A stretch of DNA of 30,474 nucleotides from a bacterium (GTDB lineage Bacteria; J088; JAWLBW01). Position numbers and translations under genes: made by a program. The notes under the pieces were generated by a model that was given only the letters and a program-made list of their open reading frames with translations, had not been told where the DNA came from and searched no databases. Where the stretch lies: assembly GCA_041690355.1 (NCBI GenBank), contig JAWLHK010000017.1, positions 62,001 through 92,474 on the forward strand, read 5' to 3'. The first letter of the stretch is position 1. Every line of letters begins with the position of its first letter. Of this stretch, positions 1 through 9,734 are shown piece after piece.

Positions 1-787
1 CGCCGCCGCCGTTGTTGGCGACGACGAGGCTGTCGCCGTTGCCGTGGGCATCCTTGGCGTTCGGGTGGTCGAGCTCCGGCGACTGCTGAAGATACTCCAC
101 CGCGCCCTGGTCATTGACGTCGAGGTAACCGACGCGCGTGCAGGCGGAATAATAGATACGTGTCATACCGGCACCTAAACCACGCGTGCGCACGCCCGAG
201 ACGTATCCGTCGACAGCCACGGCGGTGATTTCGCTGGGCCACCAGGGGTCGCTGAAATCGAAGAGCAGAAGGCCGTCGAATCCGGCGGCGACGGCTACCA
301 GATGGTCCTGCACGGCAACGTCGACGGCGCGGCTCAACGCCGAGGCGTAGTAGCCTTGCCCGACATCCCCCTCCGGAAAGACGATCAGGCCGTTCTCCAT
401 GCCGGCGACGACGATGAAGTCTGCGTTCGCGTCGATGCCGTTGCCGTGACCCAGCCAGGGAACCTCGAGGCGAAAAGGGTGTGTCCGGCCGACATCGGGA
501 TCGGCTTCGTCCTCAGGGAGCGGGCCTGACCAGAGGTGGGCGCCATCCACGAGCCAGAGTCGATCGTTGAACACAGCGCCGTCGCGGAACAGGGCGTTCT
601 GAAAGTAATCGGTGTAGTCGTGATCGGTCAGCCGCCCGCACTCTTCGTCGCTGAAGATGGTACGTCCGAACTCGTCGGTGACTCCCTTGGCCCCGGTGGG
701 TGCGAAGTCGGTGGTCGGTCCGCCTGCGCAGGCTGCCGCGAGCAACAGCGCACCGAAGCCCCACCCTTTCGACAGGACACGTCGCAT
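1..787 (-). CDS. LVIVD-repeat (beta-propeller-like) lipoprotein, 3' end outside the window
   Basis: Not in the ORF track because it runs off the edge. Translated by hand from ATG 787: MRRVLSKGWGFGALLLAAAC (lipobox) ... AVDVAVQDHLVAVAAGFDGLLLFDFSDPWWPSE (LVIVD-type repeat). No stop to position 1. RBS GAAGGAG upstream. Confidence 0.75.
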   Translation of the reverse strand, partial: MRRVLSKGWGFGALLLAAACAGGPTTDFAPTGAKGVTDEFGRTIFSDEECGRLTDHDYTDYFQNALFRDGAVFNDRLWLVDGAHLWSGPLPEDEADPDVGRTHPFRLEVPWLGHGNGIDANADFIVVAGMENGLIVFPEGDVGQGYYASALSRAVDVAVQDHLVAVAAGFDGLLLFDFSDPWWPSEITAVAVDGYVSGVRTRGLGAGMTRIYYSACTRVGYLDVNDQGAVEYLQQSPELDHPNAKDAHGNGDSLVVANNGGG

Positions 788-818
788 GGTTCTCTCCTTC
801 ATGGTTGCCGAGCGGTAT

Positions 819-835
819 AGCAAATCACGTGCCAA
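819..835 (-). promoter_or_regulatory. sigma-54 (-24/-12) promoter of the LVIVD lipoprotein gene
   Basis: Minus strand reads TTGGCACGTGATTTGCT, matching the TGGCACG-N4-TTGCW consensus, about 30 nt upstream of the ATG. Confidence 0.8.
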
Positions 836-948
836 GTCGTCGGTCCGCTCCAGGAAGTCAACGTATTCATGGTGATAGCCCTGTGCCGTGCCTCTCCGGC
901 TTCCACGGGCACGCCCGGATGCGACAGGGGTGTCAGGTGCCCGGGCAC

Positions 949-983
949 AAAAAAACGGCCGGCCTCCTCGGGGAGACCGGCCG
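949..983 (-). terminator. Rho-independent terminator of sodB
   Basis: Minus strand: CGGCCGGTCTCC-CCGA-GGAGGCCGGCCG followed by T7, about 25 nt after the sodB stop. Confidence 0.9.
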
Positions 984-1006
984 CCGACGCGGGCGAAGTG
1001 GTTCGC

Positions 1007-1591
1007 TCAGCCCAGGTTCTTCTCGACGAAGTCCCAGTTGACGAGATTCCAGAAGGCCTCGACGAACTTCGGGCGGGCGTTGCGGTAGTCGATGTAGTAG
1101 GCGTGCTCCCAGACGTCGCAGGTGAGCAGGGCCGTGTTGCCGTCGGTCATCGGGGTGCCGGCGTTCGACGTCGAGACGATGTCGAGCGAGCCGTCGCCCT
1201 TCTTGATGAGCCAGCCCCAGCCCGAGCCGAACTGCGCGACCGAGGTGTCGGCGAACTTCGTCTTGAAGTCCTGGAACGAACCGAAGGCCTTGTTGATGGC
1301 CTCGCCGATGCGGCCCTTGGGCTCACCGCCGCCGTTGGGCGACAGGCAGTTCCAGAAGAACGTGTGGTTCCACACCTGAGCGGCGTTATTGAAAATCTTG
1401 CCGGGGCCGGCCGTCTTGATGAGCTCTTCGAGCGACTTGCCCTGCAGCGAGGCGTCGGCTTCGACGAATTTGTTCAGGTTGTCGACATAGGCCTTGTGGT
1501 GCTTGCCGTAGTGGTACTCGAGGGTTTCCTTCGACATGTGCGGCTGCAGCGCGTCCATCGCGTACGGAAGCGGGGGAAGTTCGAAAGCCAT
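1007..1591 (-). CDS. sodB: Fe superoxide dismutase
   Basis: HYGKHH, FNNAAQVWNH (Fe-type AAQ), FGSGWGW and DVWEHAYY motifs. RBS GAAGGAG. Confidence 0.95.
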   Translation of the reverse strand: MAFELPPLPYAMDALQPHMSKETLEYHYGKHHKAYVDNLNKFVEADASLQGKSLEELIKTAGPGKIFNNAAQVWNHTFFWNCLSPNGGGEPKGRIGEAINKAFGSFQDFKTKFADTSVAQFGSGWGWLIKKGDGSLDIVSTSNAGTPMTDGNTALLTCDVWEHAYYIDYRNARPKFVEAFWNLVNWDFVEKNLG

Positions 1592-1771
1592 GTTTCGCGT
1601 TCTCCTTCAAGAAAAGCGTGGGTTGCGTCTCCCCGGCGCGGGGACGACGGAGGACTGGTTCAAAACCGGCGCCCCGGCGAAAAGTGTCTCGTTTCGGGGC
1701 AATCTCTTTAGCGTACCGCAAAGCAGAGCGCCTTGCAGCATGGGGGGCGGAAAATGGTCGCCCGTTTTCTA

Positions 1772-1822
1772 CCGTTCGTCCCGAGCTGACGGCGCTTAAC
1801 GGAGTGAGCGCGACAGCGAGGG
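1772..1822 (+). repeat. REP-like hairpin element, copy 1 (CCGTTCGTCCCGAGCTGACG...GACAGCGAGGG)
   Basis: Near-identical flanks in copies at 1875 and 25147, with a variable inner loop. Confidence 0.85.
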
Positions 1823-1831
1823 GCCGCAATT

Positions 1832-1871
1832 CAATTGACGCTTGACGATTTTATCGACGATTGACGATTTT
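1832..1871 (+). repeat. heptamer (ATTGACG)n tandem tract
   Basis: attgacg cttgacg atttt atcgacg attgacg att, lying between the two REP-like copies. Confidence 0.8.
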
Positions 1872-1874
1872 ATG

Positions 1875-1928
1875 CCGTTCGTCCCGAGCTGACGGGCCGT
1901 AGCGGGGTGGAGGCCGACAGCGAGGGAC
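1875..1928 (+). repeat. REP-like hairpin element, copy 2
   Basis: Same 20-nt 5' flank and GACAGCGAGGG 3' flank. Inner stem is GGCC/GGCC. An inverted ACGAACGG end lies at 1996-2003. Confidence 0.85.
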
Positions 1929-2010
1929 CGCCCATGGGTGCCCACGGGCATGTCTCGCCGTCGTCTCCGGCTCAGCCAGCGAACCGCGGCTCCACACGAA
2001 CGGTTCCGCG

Positions 2011-2035
2011 CCGACGTCCGACGTCCGGCGTCCGA
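2011..2035 (+). repeat. heptamer (CCGACGT)n tract
   Basis: ccgacgt ccgacgt ccggcgt ccga, just past the stop of the enoyl-CoA hydratase gene. Confidence 0.7.
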
Positions 2036-2039
2036 AGAC

Positions 2040-2807
2040 CTACTGCTTCTTCTTTTCGAAGAAGGCCATGACGGCCTTGATGTTCTCCTCGGAACCGTAG
2101 CAGGTGGCCAGTACCTCCCACTCGCGGTTCAGGGCTTCCTTCAGCGTCGGCGTCTCTTCGCCCTGGCGAATCAGGTCGCGGCACTTGAGCACGGCATTCT
2201 GCGGATTCTCGGCGACGTCGGTGGCGATGGCCAGGACCTCGTCCATGAACCGATCCGCGGGGAATACGCGCGTCAGCAGACCCCAGTCGGCCACGGTGGC
2301 CGCGTCGATCGGCTTGGCGCGCAGGATCATTTCATTGGTCCGCTGGCGGCCGATGATGCGCGGGAGCGTCCACGAGCTGCCATACTCGAGCACGAGGCCG
2401 ATCTTCACGAAGGGGGTCAGAAAGGTCGCCTTGTCCGAGGCGTAGACCATGTCGAAGAAGGGCAGGATGGTGACCCCCATGCCCACGGCCATGCCGTTGA
2501 CGGCGGCGATGAGCGGCTTCGGAAATCCGCTGAACTTCTCGTTGATCGTCGTAATCGTCGAGAGGTCGCCCCCCTGGCCCGACGACATTTCCATGAAGAC
2601 GCTCAGATCGACGCCGGCGCAGAAATGTTCGCCCTCGTGGGTGAACACCGCCGCCTTCACGTTGGCGTCGCCGGCCGCCTCGTCCAGCGCCGCGCCAATC
2701 TCGGTGGCCAGCTCGATGTTGACGGAATTCTTCTTGGCGACCCGGTTCAGCGAAATGATGCGGACGGGGCCCTGATCGCGGACGAGAACGTGCTTGAAAT
2801 CAGCCAT
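2040..2807 (-). CDS. enoyl-CoA hydratase/isomerase (crotonase) family protein
   Basis: FCAGVDL, KPLIAAVNGMAVGMG, PFVKIGLVLEYGSS (ECI2/delta3-delta2 isomerase-like). Confidence 0.9.
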   Translation of the reverse strand: MADFKHVLVRDQGPVRIISLNRVAKKNSVNIELATEIGAALDEAAGDANVKAAVFTHEGEHFCAGVDLSVFMEMSSGQGGDLSTITTINEKFSGFPKPLIAAVNGMAVGMGVTILPFFDMVYASDKATFLTPFVKIGLVLEYGSSWTLPRIIGRQRTNEMILRAKPIDAATVADWGLLTRVFPADRFMDEVLAIATDVAENPQNAVLKCRDLIRQGEETPTLKEALNREWEVLATCYGSEENIKAVMAFFEKKKQ

Positions 2808-2934
2808 CGATAACTCCCGAGGTTGGCGGAAGGATTATGTTACCAGTGCGCTTCTGCCGGCGCACGGTTCCGCCTTGGTGACGCTCTGCGGACATTGTCG
2901 ACCGAAATCTTCGGGCGGGGTATGCTTTGGGGGA

Positions 2935-3657
2935 ATGCACACCTTCTATCACCCCGACCTGCCGGCGGGCGGCGGACCCATCGATCTCGAGGCCGACGAG
3001 CAGCGGCATCTCCAGGTCCGGCGAATCCGCGAAGGCGAATCCTTTCGGGTCGTCGACGGGCGAGGCGGGATCGCCGAGGCACGCCTGGAGGGGAAGCGCC
3101 AGGTGATTGTCGCGCCGCGGGATGAACAGCCGCAGCCTTCGCTGCGACTGATTCTGGCCCAGGCGCTGCTTCCCGCCGATCGGCTCGACTGGGCGCTGCA
3201 GAAGGCCGTCGAGCTCGGGGCCGATCGGATTCTCGTTTACGGAGCCGAGCACGCGAGCCTCAGGGGCGAGCGGGCCAATCGCAAGGAAGATCGCTGGTCG
3301 CGCCTCATCCGTGAGGCGGCGAAGCAATGCGGCCGTGCCCGTTTTCCCACCGCCGGCTATGTCCCGGACGTAACCGCGGCGTTCGAGGCAGAGCCGGAGG
3401 CAAACTGGTGGGTCGCCGATCAGGCCGGTACCGATCCCGGAGGGGAAGCGGGGGTTACGGCGGCCGGCCTCGTCGTGGGCCCCGAGGGGGGATTTTCGGA
3501 GGCCGAGCGCGCCCTGTTCCGCTCGCGGAACCTGCCGGTGCTGCGCCTCAGCCCGTGGACGCTGCGCAGCGAGACGGTTGCCGCTGCCGGGCTCGCTCTG
3601 CTACAGTACGCCTACCGCGAGCCGACCGCGGGAGAACACGGCCTGCACGACCGATGA
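2935..3657 (+). CDS. rsmE: 16S rRNA m3U1498 methyltransferase
   Basis: HLQVRR, QKAVELG, EAAKQCGR, VGPEGGFS and LRSET SPOUT motifs. Start moved from 2794 to ATG 2935. Confidence 0.92.
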   Translation: MHTFYHPDLPAGGGPIDLEADEQRHLQVRRIREGESFRVVDGRGGIAEARLEGKRQVIVAPRDEQPQPSLRLILAQALLPADRLDWALQKAVELGADRILVYGAEHASLRGERANRKEDRWSRLIREAAKQCGRARFPTAGYVPDVTAAFEAEPEANWWVADQAGTDPGGEAGVTAAGLVVGPEGGFSEAERALFRSRNLPVLRLSPWTLRSETVAAAGLALLQYAYREPTAGEHGLHDR

Positions 3658-4556
3658 AGTGCCCCAGTTGCGGATATATCGCCTTTCAGGCGACCGAAGA
3701 CTGCGTCAAGTGCGGTGCGCCGGTGCCCCCGGGCGATCCGGGTGAAGACACCGTGGACGATCGCGACTTCCGGCGCAGCGTGCGGCGCGAGAAGGGGCAG
3801 CTCGGGTTCGGCTTCGAAGCGCCCGATGACCACCCGGCCGAGGACGACGACGGTTCGGTTCCCGAAGGGTTCTCGTTTCGAAACATCGACGACGTGACCC
3901 TCTCGGCCACCGTGGCGGGCGCGACGACCACCGGCTCGCTGACGGGTCCCACGGTAGGCGCGGCGCCCCGCGGCGACGAAAGTTCTTTTTCTTCGGGCAC
4001 CCACTGGGTCGGCGAAGACGAGTCGGCGCAGGACAACACCTGGATCGAGGTCTACCGGCTCGCCAGCGGATTCGGCCGCCGCGCGGGGGCCATGCTCGTC
4101 GACACCCTGTTTTTCGCGGTGCTGTTCGCGCTGCTGATGCTCGTCGTCGCCGGCAGAGAGGGGGCTTCGCTCCCTCTTACGCACCCGAGCTTCGTGCCGG
4201 CCTATCTCTTTCTGCTCGTGCTGCACGCGTTCTACTTCACGTTCTTCCACGCGGCGACGGGGCAGACTCCCGGCAAGCTGCTTTTCCGCATCCGCGTCGT
4301 GTCGGCGCGGGGCGGCTACCTGCTGAACCCGTGGGATGCCTTCATCCGCTGGCTCGGCTACTTCGTCTCGGGCATCCCCGCCGGGCTCGGTTTTCTCTGG
4401 AGCCTGCTCGACCACGATGACCGCGGCTGGCATGATCGTTGGGCCCGCAGCGTGGTGGTGCTGGTCGACTCCATGCGCACCGAGGCGACCGACGGCGGCG
4501 GTTCCGGTCCCGAATCGACGGACGGCACGGCCCCCGCGGCTTCGACGATCGGTTAG
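3654..4556 (+). CDS. RDD family membrane protein with N-terminal zinc ribbon
   Basis: ATGA overlap with the rsmE stop. CPSC..CVKC, acidic linker, then RRAGAMLVD, GQTPGK, R..GY and WHDRWA RDD motifs. Confidence 0.85.
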   Translation: MKCPSCGYIAFQATEDCVKCGAPVPPGDPGEDTVDDRDFRRSVRREKGQLGFGFEAPDDHPAEDDDGSVPEGFSFRNIDDVTLSATVAGATTTGSLTGPTVGAAPRGDESSFSSGTHWVGEDESAQDNTWIEVYRLASGFGRRAGAMLVDTLFFAVLFALLMLVVAGREGASLPLTHPSFVPAYLFLLVLHAFYFTFFHAATGQTPGKLLFRIRVVSARGGYLLNPWDAFIRWLGYFVSGIPAGLGFLWSLLDHDDRGWHDRWARSVVVLVDSMRTEATDGGGSGPESTDGTAPAASTIG

Positions 4557-4580
4557 CGGAACCTGCGGTTCCCGCTTCCC

Positions 4581-5264
4581 CTACAGACCCGACTCGATGG
4601 CCGTGCGCACGGCTTCCATCAGGGCGTCTTTGGTCTCGAGCGTGTAGTCGCGCGTTTCGATGGGCTGATGGATGCGAAGGTGGATCGTCCCCGCGCGGAT
4701 GCTCATGGCCCCCTTGGGGAGCGGAACGATGGAGTCGACGATCGTGACGGGAACGATGGGCACCCCCGACTTGATGGCGAGCACGAAGCCCCCCTTCTTG
4801 AACGGGAGCAGGCGTCCGTCTGTGGTGCGGGTCCCCTCGGGAAAAACCGCAATACTGGTTCCACTCCGGATTTCAGCGGCGGCGTTGTTGAGGGTCGTCG
4901 TCGCCTGCGCATGGTTTGAGCGGTCGACGAACAGATGCCCCATGGCCTTCATCCCCTGGCCAAGCACCGGGACATAGCGGAGCTCGTTCTTGGCGACAAA
5001 GCGAATCTCGTAGGGGAGTCCGAGAAAGAGGACGGGGATGTCGAGCAGGCTCTGGTGATTGGCCATGACGATGACCGGACCGGGAACCAGGTGCTCGCGC
5101 CCCTCGACTTCGAGGCGCACGTCGGCTTCGGCGAGGATGCTGCGGCTCCAGAGTCTGGCCAGGGAGAAAGCTGCTTGGCGGTTCAGAAACGAGAGGCCGA
5201 TGACCGGAAAAGCGAACGACACGGTTGACGCAACCGTGAACGGGAGCGAGAGCAGGCGACGCAT
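4581..5264 (-). CDS. plsC: 1-acyl-sn-glycerol-3-phosphate acyltransferase
   Basis: NHQSLLD, FVAK, FVDR and FPEGTR blocks. Start is 5264 or 5270; the ORF extension to 5672 overlaps the divergent gene. Confidence 0.9.
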   Translation of the reverse strand: MRRLLSLPFTVASTVSFAFPVIGLSFLNRQAAFSLARLWSRSILAEADVRLEVEGREHLVPGPVIVMANHQSLLDIPVLFLGLPYEIRFVAKNELRYVPVLGQGMKAMGHLFVDRSNHAQATTTLNNAAAEIRSGTSIAVFPEGTRTTDGRLLPFKKGGFVLAIKSGVPIVPVTIVDSIVPLPKGAMSIRAGTIHLRIHQPIETRDYTLETKDALMEAVRTAIESGL

Positions 5265-5345
5265 CCCCATATCATCGCACGGCGGCAGGCCGGTTTCAAA
5301 GCAAGGGTGGATCGGTTCGCGGCTTGTTGATACCGTGAGGCGATC

Positions 5346-6224
5346 ATGCCGCACCGCCGATTTTTCCGCGCCGCCTCCATCGCGCTCGTGCTTGCCTTTC
5401 TGCAGGGATCGGCCCCCGCGGAGTCGGCGCGCGCCGAAGTAAGGTCGCCGCTGCCCGCCGCGAAGCCGCTGCGTCTGGTCAGCCTTGTGCCGAGCATGAC
5501 CGAGATTGCTTTTGCGGTCGGCGCGGGAGACCTGTTGACCGCCGTCGACGAACACAGCGATTTTCCCCCCGAGGCGGCCCGGCTGCCGCGGGTCGGGGGG
5601 CTGCGAAGTCTTTCGCTCGAGGCCATCGCCGCCCTTCGGCCGACCCACCTTCTCGTCGTCGACGGCTTTCACGCTCAGGAGTACGCCCGCTTCGAGAAGC
5701 TCGGGGCGCAGACCGTCTCATGCCCCTTCAGCACGGTGGCCGACGTGCGCGCCTGCATTCTGCGCATCGGGGGGCTCACCGGTAACGCGGCGCGGGCCGG
5801 GCAGGTCGCCGCGCATGTGCGGGCCGCCGAAGAGGCCGCCCAGGCGCGGGCGGGGGGCAAGCCGAAGCCGACGGTGCTCATGCTGGTTTCGGCGGACCCG
5901 CTCTTCGGCGTGGGCAACGCCAGCTTCACGGGCGACATCCTGCGGCTCGCGGGGGCCGAGAACGTGCTGGCCGCGACCGGACAGGCCTATCCGCTCATCA
6001 GCGCAGAGTCGATCGTCGCCACCGACCCCGACCTCATTTTCGTCTTCGGCGAAGCCGATCGCCGCCGTTTCCTGGGCAACCGCGTTTTCCGCCACCTGCG
6101 CGCCGTCCGCGAGCACAGAGTCCACGTGCTCGACGAAGATCTCTACGGCCGGCCGGGCCCCCGCGTCGCCGAGGCCCTCGAGCAGCTGGGAAGGCTGCTT
6201 CATGCTCTTCCACGCGACGAGTGA
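5346..6224 (+). CDS. periplasmic binding protein, BtuF/helical-backbone metal receptor family
   Basis: Signal peptide, RLVSLVPSMTE, SDFP, LEAIAALRP, AGAENV and RPGPR motifs. Cobalamin versus iron-chelate ligand not resolvable. Confidence 0.8.
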   Translation: MPHRRFFRAASIALVLAFLQGSAPAESARAEVRSPLPAAKPLRLVSLVPSMTEIAFAVGAGDLLTAVDEHSDFPPEAARLPRVGGLRSLSLEAIAALRPTHLLVVDGFHAQEYARFEKLGAQTVSCPFSTVADVRACILRIGGLTGNAARAGQVAAHVRAAEEAAQARAGGKPKPTVLMLVSADPLFGVGNASFTGDILRLAGAENVLAATGQAYPLISAESIVATDPDLIFVFGEADRRRFLGNRVFRHLRAVREHRVHVLDEDLYGRPGPRVAEALEQLGRLLHALPRDE

Positions 6225-6260
6225 CGAGTCCTGCAATTGACGATCTACGATTGACGATTG
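6216..6260 (+). repeat. composite heptamer tract (GACGAGT)2 + (ATTGACG/ATCTACG)n
   Basis: Homologous to 16617-16673. Supplies the TGA stop of the BtuF-like gene. Confidence 0.8.
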
Positions 6261-6355
6261 TGCGGCAAGGACCTGGGGTACCCGTCCTTGCTTGCTCGGC
6301 CACCGGGCATCGCCATCGGGCATTTTCAAACTGGCAGTTTCGGCCTGTAATTCTG

Positions 6356-6361
6356 TATAAT
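6356..6361 (+). promoter_or_regulatory. putative -10 element (TATAAT) upstream of gyrA
   Basis: Perfect TATAAT in an AT-rich patch about 105 nt before the start. No convincing -35. Confidence 0.5.
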
Positions 6362-6465
6362 AATTGGCTTATGTCAGGGTCCGTGCCTGTGCGCGAAGTC
6401 CTGCCCGGAATCCCCGGGAAGGCGGCGCCGCCGGGCGGGGGATTGATTCAGCCAACGGAGTGCGT

Positions 6466-8931
6466 GTGAAGCCAGAAACCCTTCCGGTCAATATTGAAGA
6501 CGAGATGCGGCAAAGCTACCTCGATTACGCCATGAGCGTGATCGTGGGGCGCGCGCTGCCCGACGTCCGCGACGGGCTCAAGCCCGTACACCGGCGCGTC
6601 CTGTACGCCATGTGGGAGCTGGGTAACACCCACGACAAGCCGTACAAGAAGAGCGCCCGCATCGTCGGCGACGTGATCGGTAAGTATCACCCGCACGGCG
6701 ACTCGGCCGTCTACGACACCATCGTGCGCATGGCCCAGACCTTCTCGCTGCGCTATCCGCTGGTCGACGGGCAGGGCAACTTCGGTTCGGTCGACGGCGA
6801 TCCCGCCGCCGCCATGCGTTACACCGAAGTGCGCATGTCCAAGATTACCAAGGAGATGCTGGCCGACCTCGAGAAGGATACGGTCGACTTCGGGCCGAAC
6901 TACGACGATTCCACCACGGAACCGCTCGTCATGCCCTCGGCCTTCCCGAACCTGCTCGTCAATGGCTCTGGGGGCATCGCCGTCGGCATGGCCACCAACA
7001 TTCCGCCGCACAACCTGGGCGAAATCTGCGACGCTGTCATCGCCGTCATCAAGAAGCCGGGCGTCACGAACGAAGACCTCATCCGGATCGTTCCGGGTCC
7101 CGATTTTCCCACCGCCGGCATCATCAACGGCCGCGAATCGATTCGCGAAGCCTACACGACGGGCCGCGGCGTGCTCCAGATTCGCGCCAAGGTGGAGTTC
7201 GAGCAGGACAAGAAGACCGGCACGAAGCAGAGCATCATCGTCACCGAGCTTCCCTACCAGGTGAACAAGGCGCGGCTCATCGAAAAGATCGCCGAGCTCG
7301 TGCGCGACAAGAAGATCGAAGGAATTTCGGACCTGCGCGACGAGAGCGATCGCCAGGGGATGCGCATCGTCATCGAGCTGAAGCGCGGCGAAATTCCCGA
7401 GTACGTGCTCAACCACCTCTACAAGCAGACGCCGATGCAGAGCAGCTTCGGCATTATCATGCTCGCCCTGGTCGACGGCCAGCCGCGCGTGCTGACGCTC
7501 AAAGAGGTCGTCGAGCAGTTCATTCTGCACCGCAAGGAAATCGTCATCCGGCGCACCCACTTCGACCTGAACAAGGCCGAAGCCAGGGCTCACATTCTCG
7601 AAGGGCTCGTGAAGGCGCTCGATAACCTGGATGAGGTCATCGAGCTCATCCGCAGCGCCAAGGATGCCGCGTCGGCGCGCGAAGGGCTCATGACCCGCTG
7701 GGGCTTCAGCGAGGTTCAGGCGAAGTCGATTCTAGAGATGCAGCTGCAGCGCCTGACCGGGCTCGAGCGCGACAAGATCGTTCAGGAATACAAGGACGTG
7801 CTCGCCCTCATCGAGGAGCTCAGGAGCATTCTCGCCTCCGAAGAGAAGGTGCTCGGCATCATCGTCAAGGAACTGCAGGACATCAAGAAGCAGTACGGCG
7901 ACGAACGCCGCACCGAGATCCAGGATTCGGGCGAGGAGATCTCGATGGAGGATCTCATCAAGCGCGAAGACTGCGTCGTGACGTTCTCGAACGAAGGTTA
8001 CGTCAAGCGCTCGCCGCTGGCCCTCTACCGCGCGCAGCGGCGCGGCGGCAAGGGCAAACAGGGTGCGACATTCAAGGAAGAGGATTTTCTCACGAACCTC
8101 TTCGTGGCGTCGTCGCACGACCACGTCCTGTTCTTCAGCGACCGCGGCAAGGTCTACAGCATCCGCGTCTGGGAAATTCCCGAAGCCGGCCGCCAGAGCC
8201 GCGGCAAGCCGATCATCAACGTGATTCCGCTCGAACCCGGCGAGAAGATCACGGCCATGCACGCGGTCTCCAGCTTCCCCGAAGATCACTATCTGGTCTT
8301 CGCGACGCGGCAGGGCACCATCAAGAAGACCGAGCTCGCCCGCTTCTCGAACGTGCGTTCGAGCGGCATCCGGGCCATTACGCTCGCCGACGGCGACCTG
8401 CTGCGGCGGGTCATCATGACCAACGGCACGCAGGAGGTCTTCCTCGGCAGCTCGAGCGGCAAGGTCATCCGCTTTCCCGAAGAGCAGGCGCGGCCCATGG
8501 GGCGTGACGCGAGCGGCGTGAAGGGGATCGATCTCGACGACAACGAAGAGGTCATCGACGCCCAGCCGGTCATCGCCGGCGCCTCGGTACTCACGGTGAG
8601 CGAGCTCGGCATGGGCAAGCGCACCGACCTCGACGAGTATCGCGGCCAGAAGCGCGGCGGCAAGGGCATCCTGACCATGAAGCAGACCGAAAAGACCGGG
8701 CGCGTCATCGCGGTGCGCCAGGTGGTCGAGGGCGAAGAGCTGCTTCTGGTGACCGACAAGGGACAGATGATTCGCACGCGTACCGACGAGATCCGCATCA
8801 TCGGCCGCAACACGCAGGGGGTGCGCCTCTTCAAGATTGACGATGGCGAGCGCGTCGTCGGCGTCGCGAGCATCCTGGAGAAGGAAGTCGACGGAGACGA
8901 GGGCGACCTCGCCGGCGACGAAGAGGAATAA
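6466..8931 (+). CDS. gyrA: DNA gyrase subunit A
   Basis: [19 protein letters not shown], catalytic AAMRYTE, GyrA-box QRRGGKG and acidic tail. GTG start 6466 after GGAG. Confidence 0.97.
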   Translation: MKPETLPVNIEDEMRQSYLDYAMSVIVGRALPDVRDGLKPVHRRVLYAMWELGNTHDKPYKKSARIVGDVIGKYHPHGDSAVYDTIVRMAQTFSLRYPLVDGQGNFGSVDGDPAAAMRYTEVRMSKITKEMLADLEKDTVDFGPNYDDSTTEPLVMPSAFPNLLVNGSGGIAVGMATNIPPHNLGEICDAVIAVIKKPGVTNEDLIRIVPGPDFPTAGIINGRESIREAYTTGRGVLQIRAKVEFEQDKKTGTKQSIIVTELPYQVNKARLIEKIAELVRDKKIEGISDLRDESDRQGMRIVIELKRGEIPEYVLNHLYKQTPMQSSFGIIMLALVDGQPRVLTLKEVVEQFILHRKEIVIRRTHFDLNKAEARAHILEGLVKALDNLDEVIELIRSAKDAASAREGLMTRWGFSEVQAKSILEMQLQRLTGLERDKIVQEYKDVLALIEELRSILASEEKVLGIIVKELQDIKKQYGDERRTEIQDSGEEISMEDLIKREDCVVTFSNEGYVKRSPLALYRAQRRGGKGKQGATFKEEDFLTNLFVASSHDHVLFFSDRGKVYSIRVWEIPEAGRQSRGKPIINVIPLEPGEKITAMHAVSSFPEDHYLVFATRQGTIKKTELARFSNVRSSGIRAITLADGDLLRRVIMTNGTQEVFLGSSSGKVIRFPEEQARPMGRDASGVKGIDLDDNEEVIDAQPVIAGASVLTVSELGMGKRTDLDEYRGQKRGGKGILTMKQTEKTGRVIAVRQVVEGEELLLVTDKGQMIRTRTDEIRIIGRNTQGVRLFKIDDGERVVGVASILEKEVDGDEGDLAGDEEE

Positions 8932-8937
8932 GCGTTC

Positions 8938-9723
8938 ATGGCCCCCTGGCTGCGCGCGACGCTGGTGATTACCTTGCTGGCCGCAGGCGCCTGTTCGGGG
9001 GCGGCGAGCGAGTACGAGAGCGGCGTGCAGGCCTGGAGCGACGGCCGGTACAACGATGCGGTGCAGACGCTGCGCGAGATCACCCGCAGGCACCCGCAGA
9101 GCGAGTATGCGCCCCGCGGCCTGCTGCGGGCGGCCCAGATTCAGGCCCAGGATCTGCGCCAGTACGACGCCGCCGAAGACAACTACCAGCTCTTTCTGAA
9201 GCTCTATCCGCAGAGCGCCTACGCCGAGCAGGCGCTCGAAGAGCTGGTGCTGCTGCTGTTCGAGAAGAAGAGGGATTTCCGCAAATCGGTCGGCGAATGC
9301 CAGCGCTTCATCGAAAGCTTTCCGGCTTCGCCCCGCGCCCCGGCCATGTACCGGCGCATCGTCGAGAGCTACATCGGCCTGCGGGAGTTCGAGCAGGCGC
9401 GCGTCGAGGCCGGAATTTTCCTGCGCAAGTATCCCGGCCATGCGCTGGCCGACGATACCGCCTACGACGTCGTGCGCTCCTGGTTCATCGAGGGGGTGAA
9501 CGAGATGGTCGTCGAGGCGGGCCGGGAGTTCGCGGCGGCCCATACGACGAGCGCGCTGGCGCCGCGGGCGAGATTTCTCGTCGCCGCGGCATACGAAGAG
9601 ATGGACCACATGCAGGACGCCCTGGCCGCCTACCGCGAGGCGCGCGACGGGCATCCTGACCCGGCGGTCGTGGATTCGAAAATCGATGCGCTCCTGGATC
9701 GGCTGGATCGCAAGAACAGGTAG
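8938..9723 (+). CDS. TPR-repeat lipoprotein (BamD/CpoB-like)
   Basis: Lipobox LAAGAC. Repeated 'F...YP.S..A..A' TPR turns. Confidence 0.75.
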   Translation: MAPWLRATLVITLLAAGACSGAASEYESGVQAWSDGRYNDAVQTLREITRRHPQSEYAPRGLLRAAQIQAQDLRQYDAAEDNYQLFLKLYPQSAYAEQALEELVLLLFEKKRDFRKSVGECQRFIESFPASPRAPAMYRRIVESYIGLREFEQARVEAGIFLRKYPGHALADDTAYDVVRSWFIEGVNEMVVEAGREFAAAHTTSALAPRARFLVAAAYEEMDHMQDALAAYREARDGHPDPAVVDSKIDALLDRLDRKNR

Positions 9724-9734
9724 AGGAGGCCGCC

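Noticed and set aside
6466-8931. gyrA without gyrB, a second GyrA-box-like QKRGGKG, and quinolone-resistance alleles
   Set aside because: Split gyr genes and degenerate boxes in other blades are common. The QRDR reads wild-type-like (GDSAVYD).
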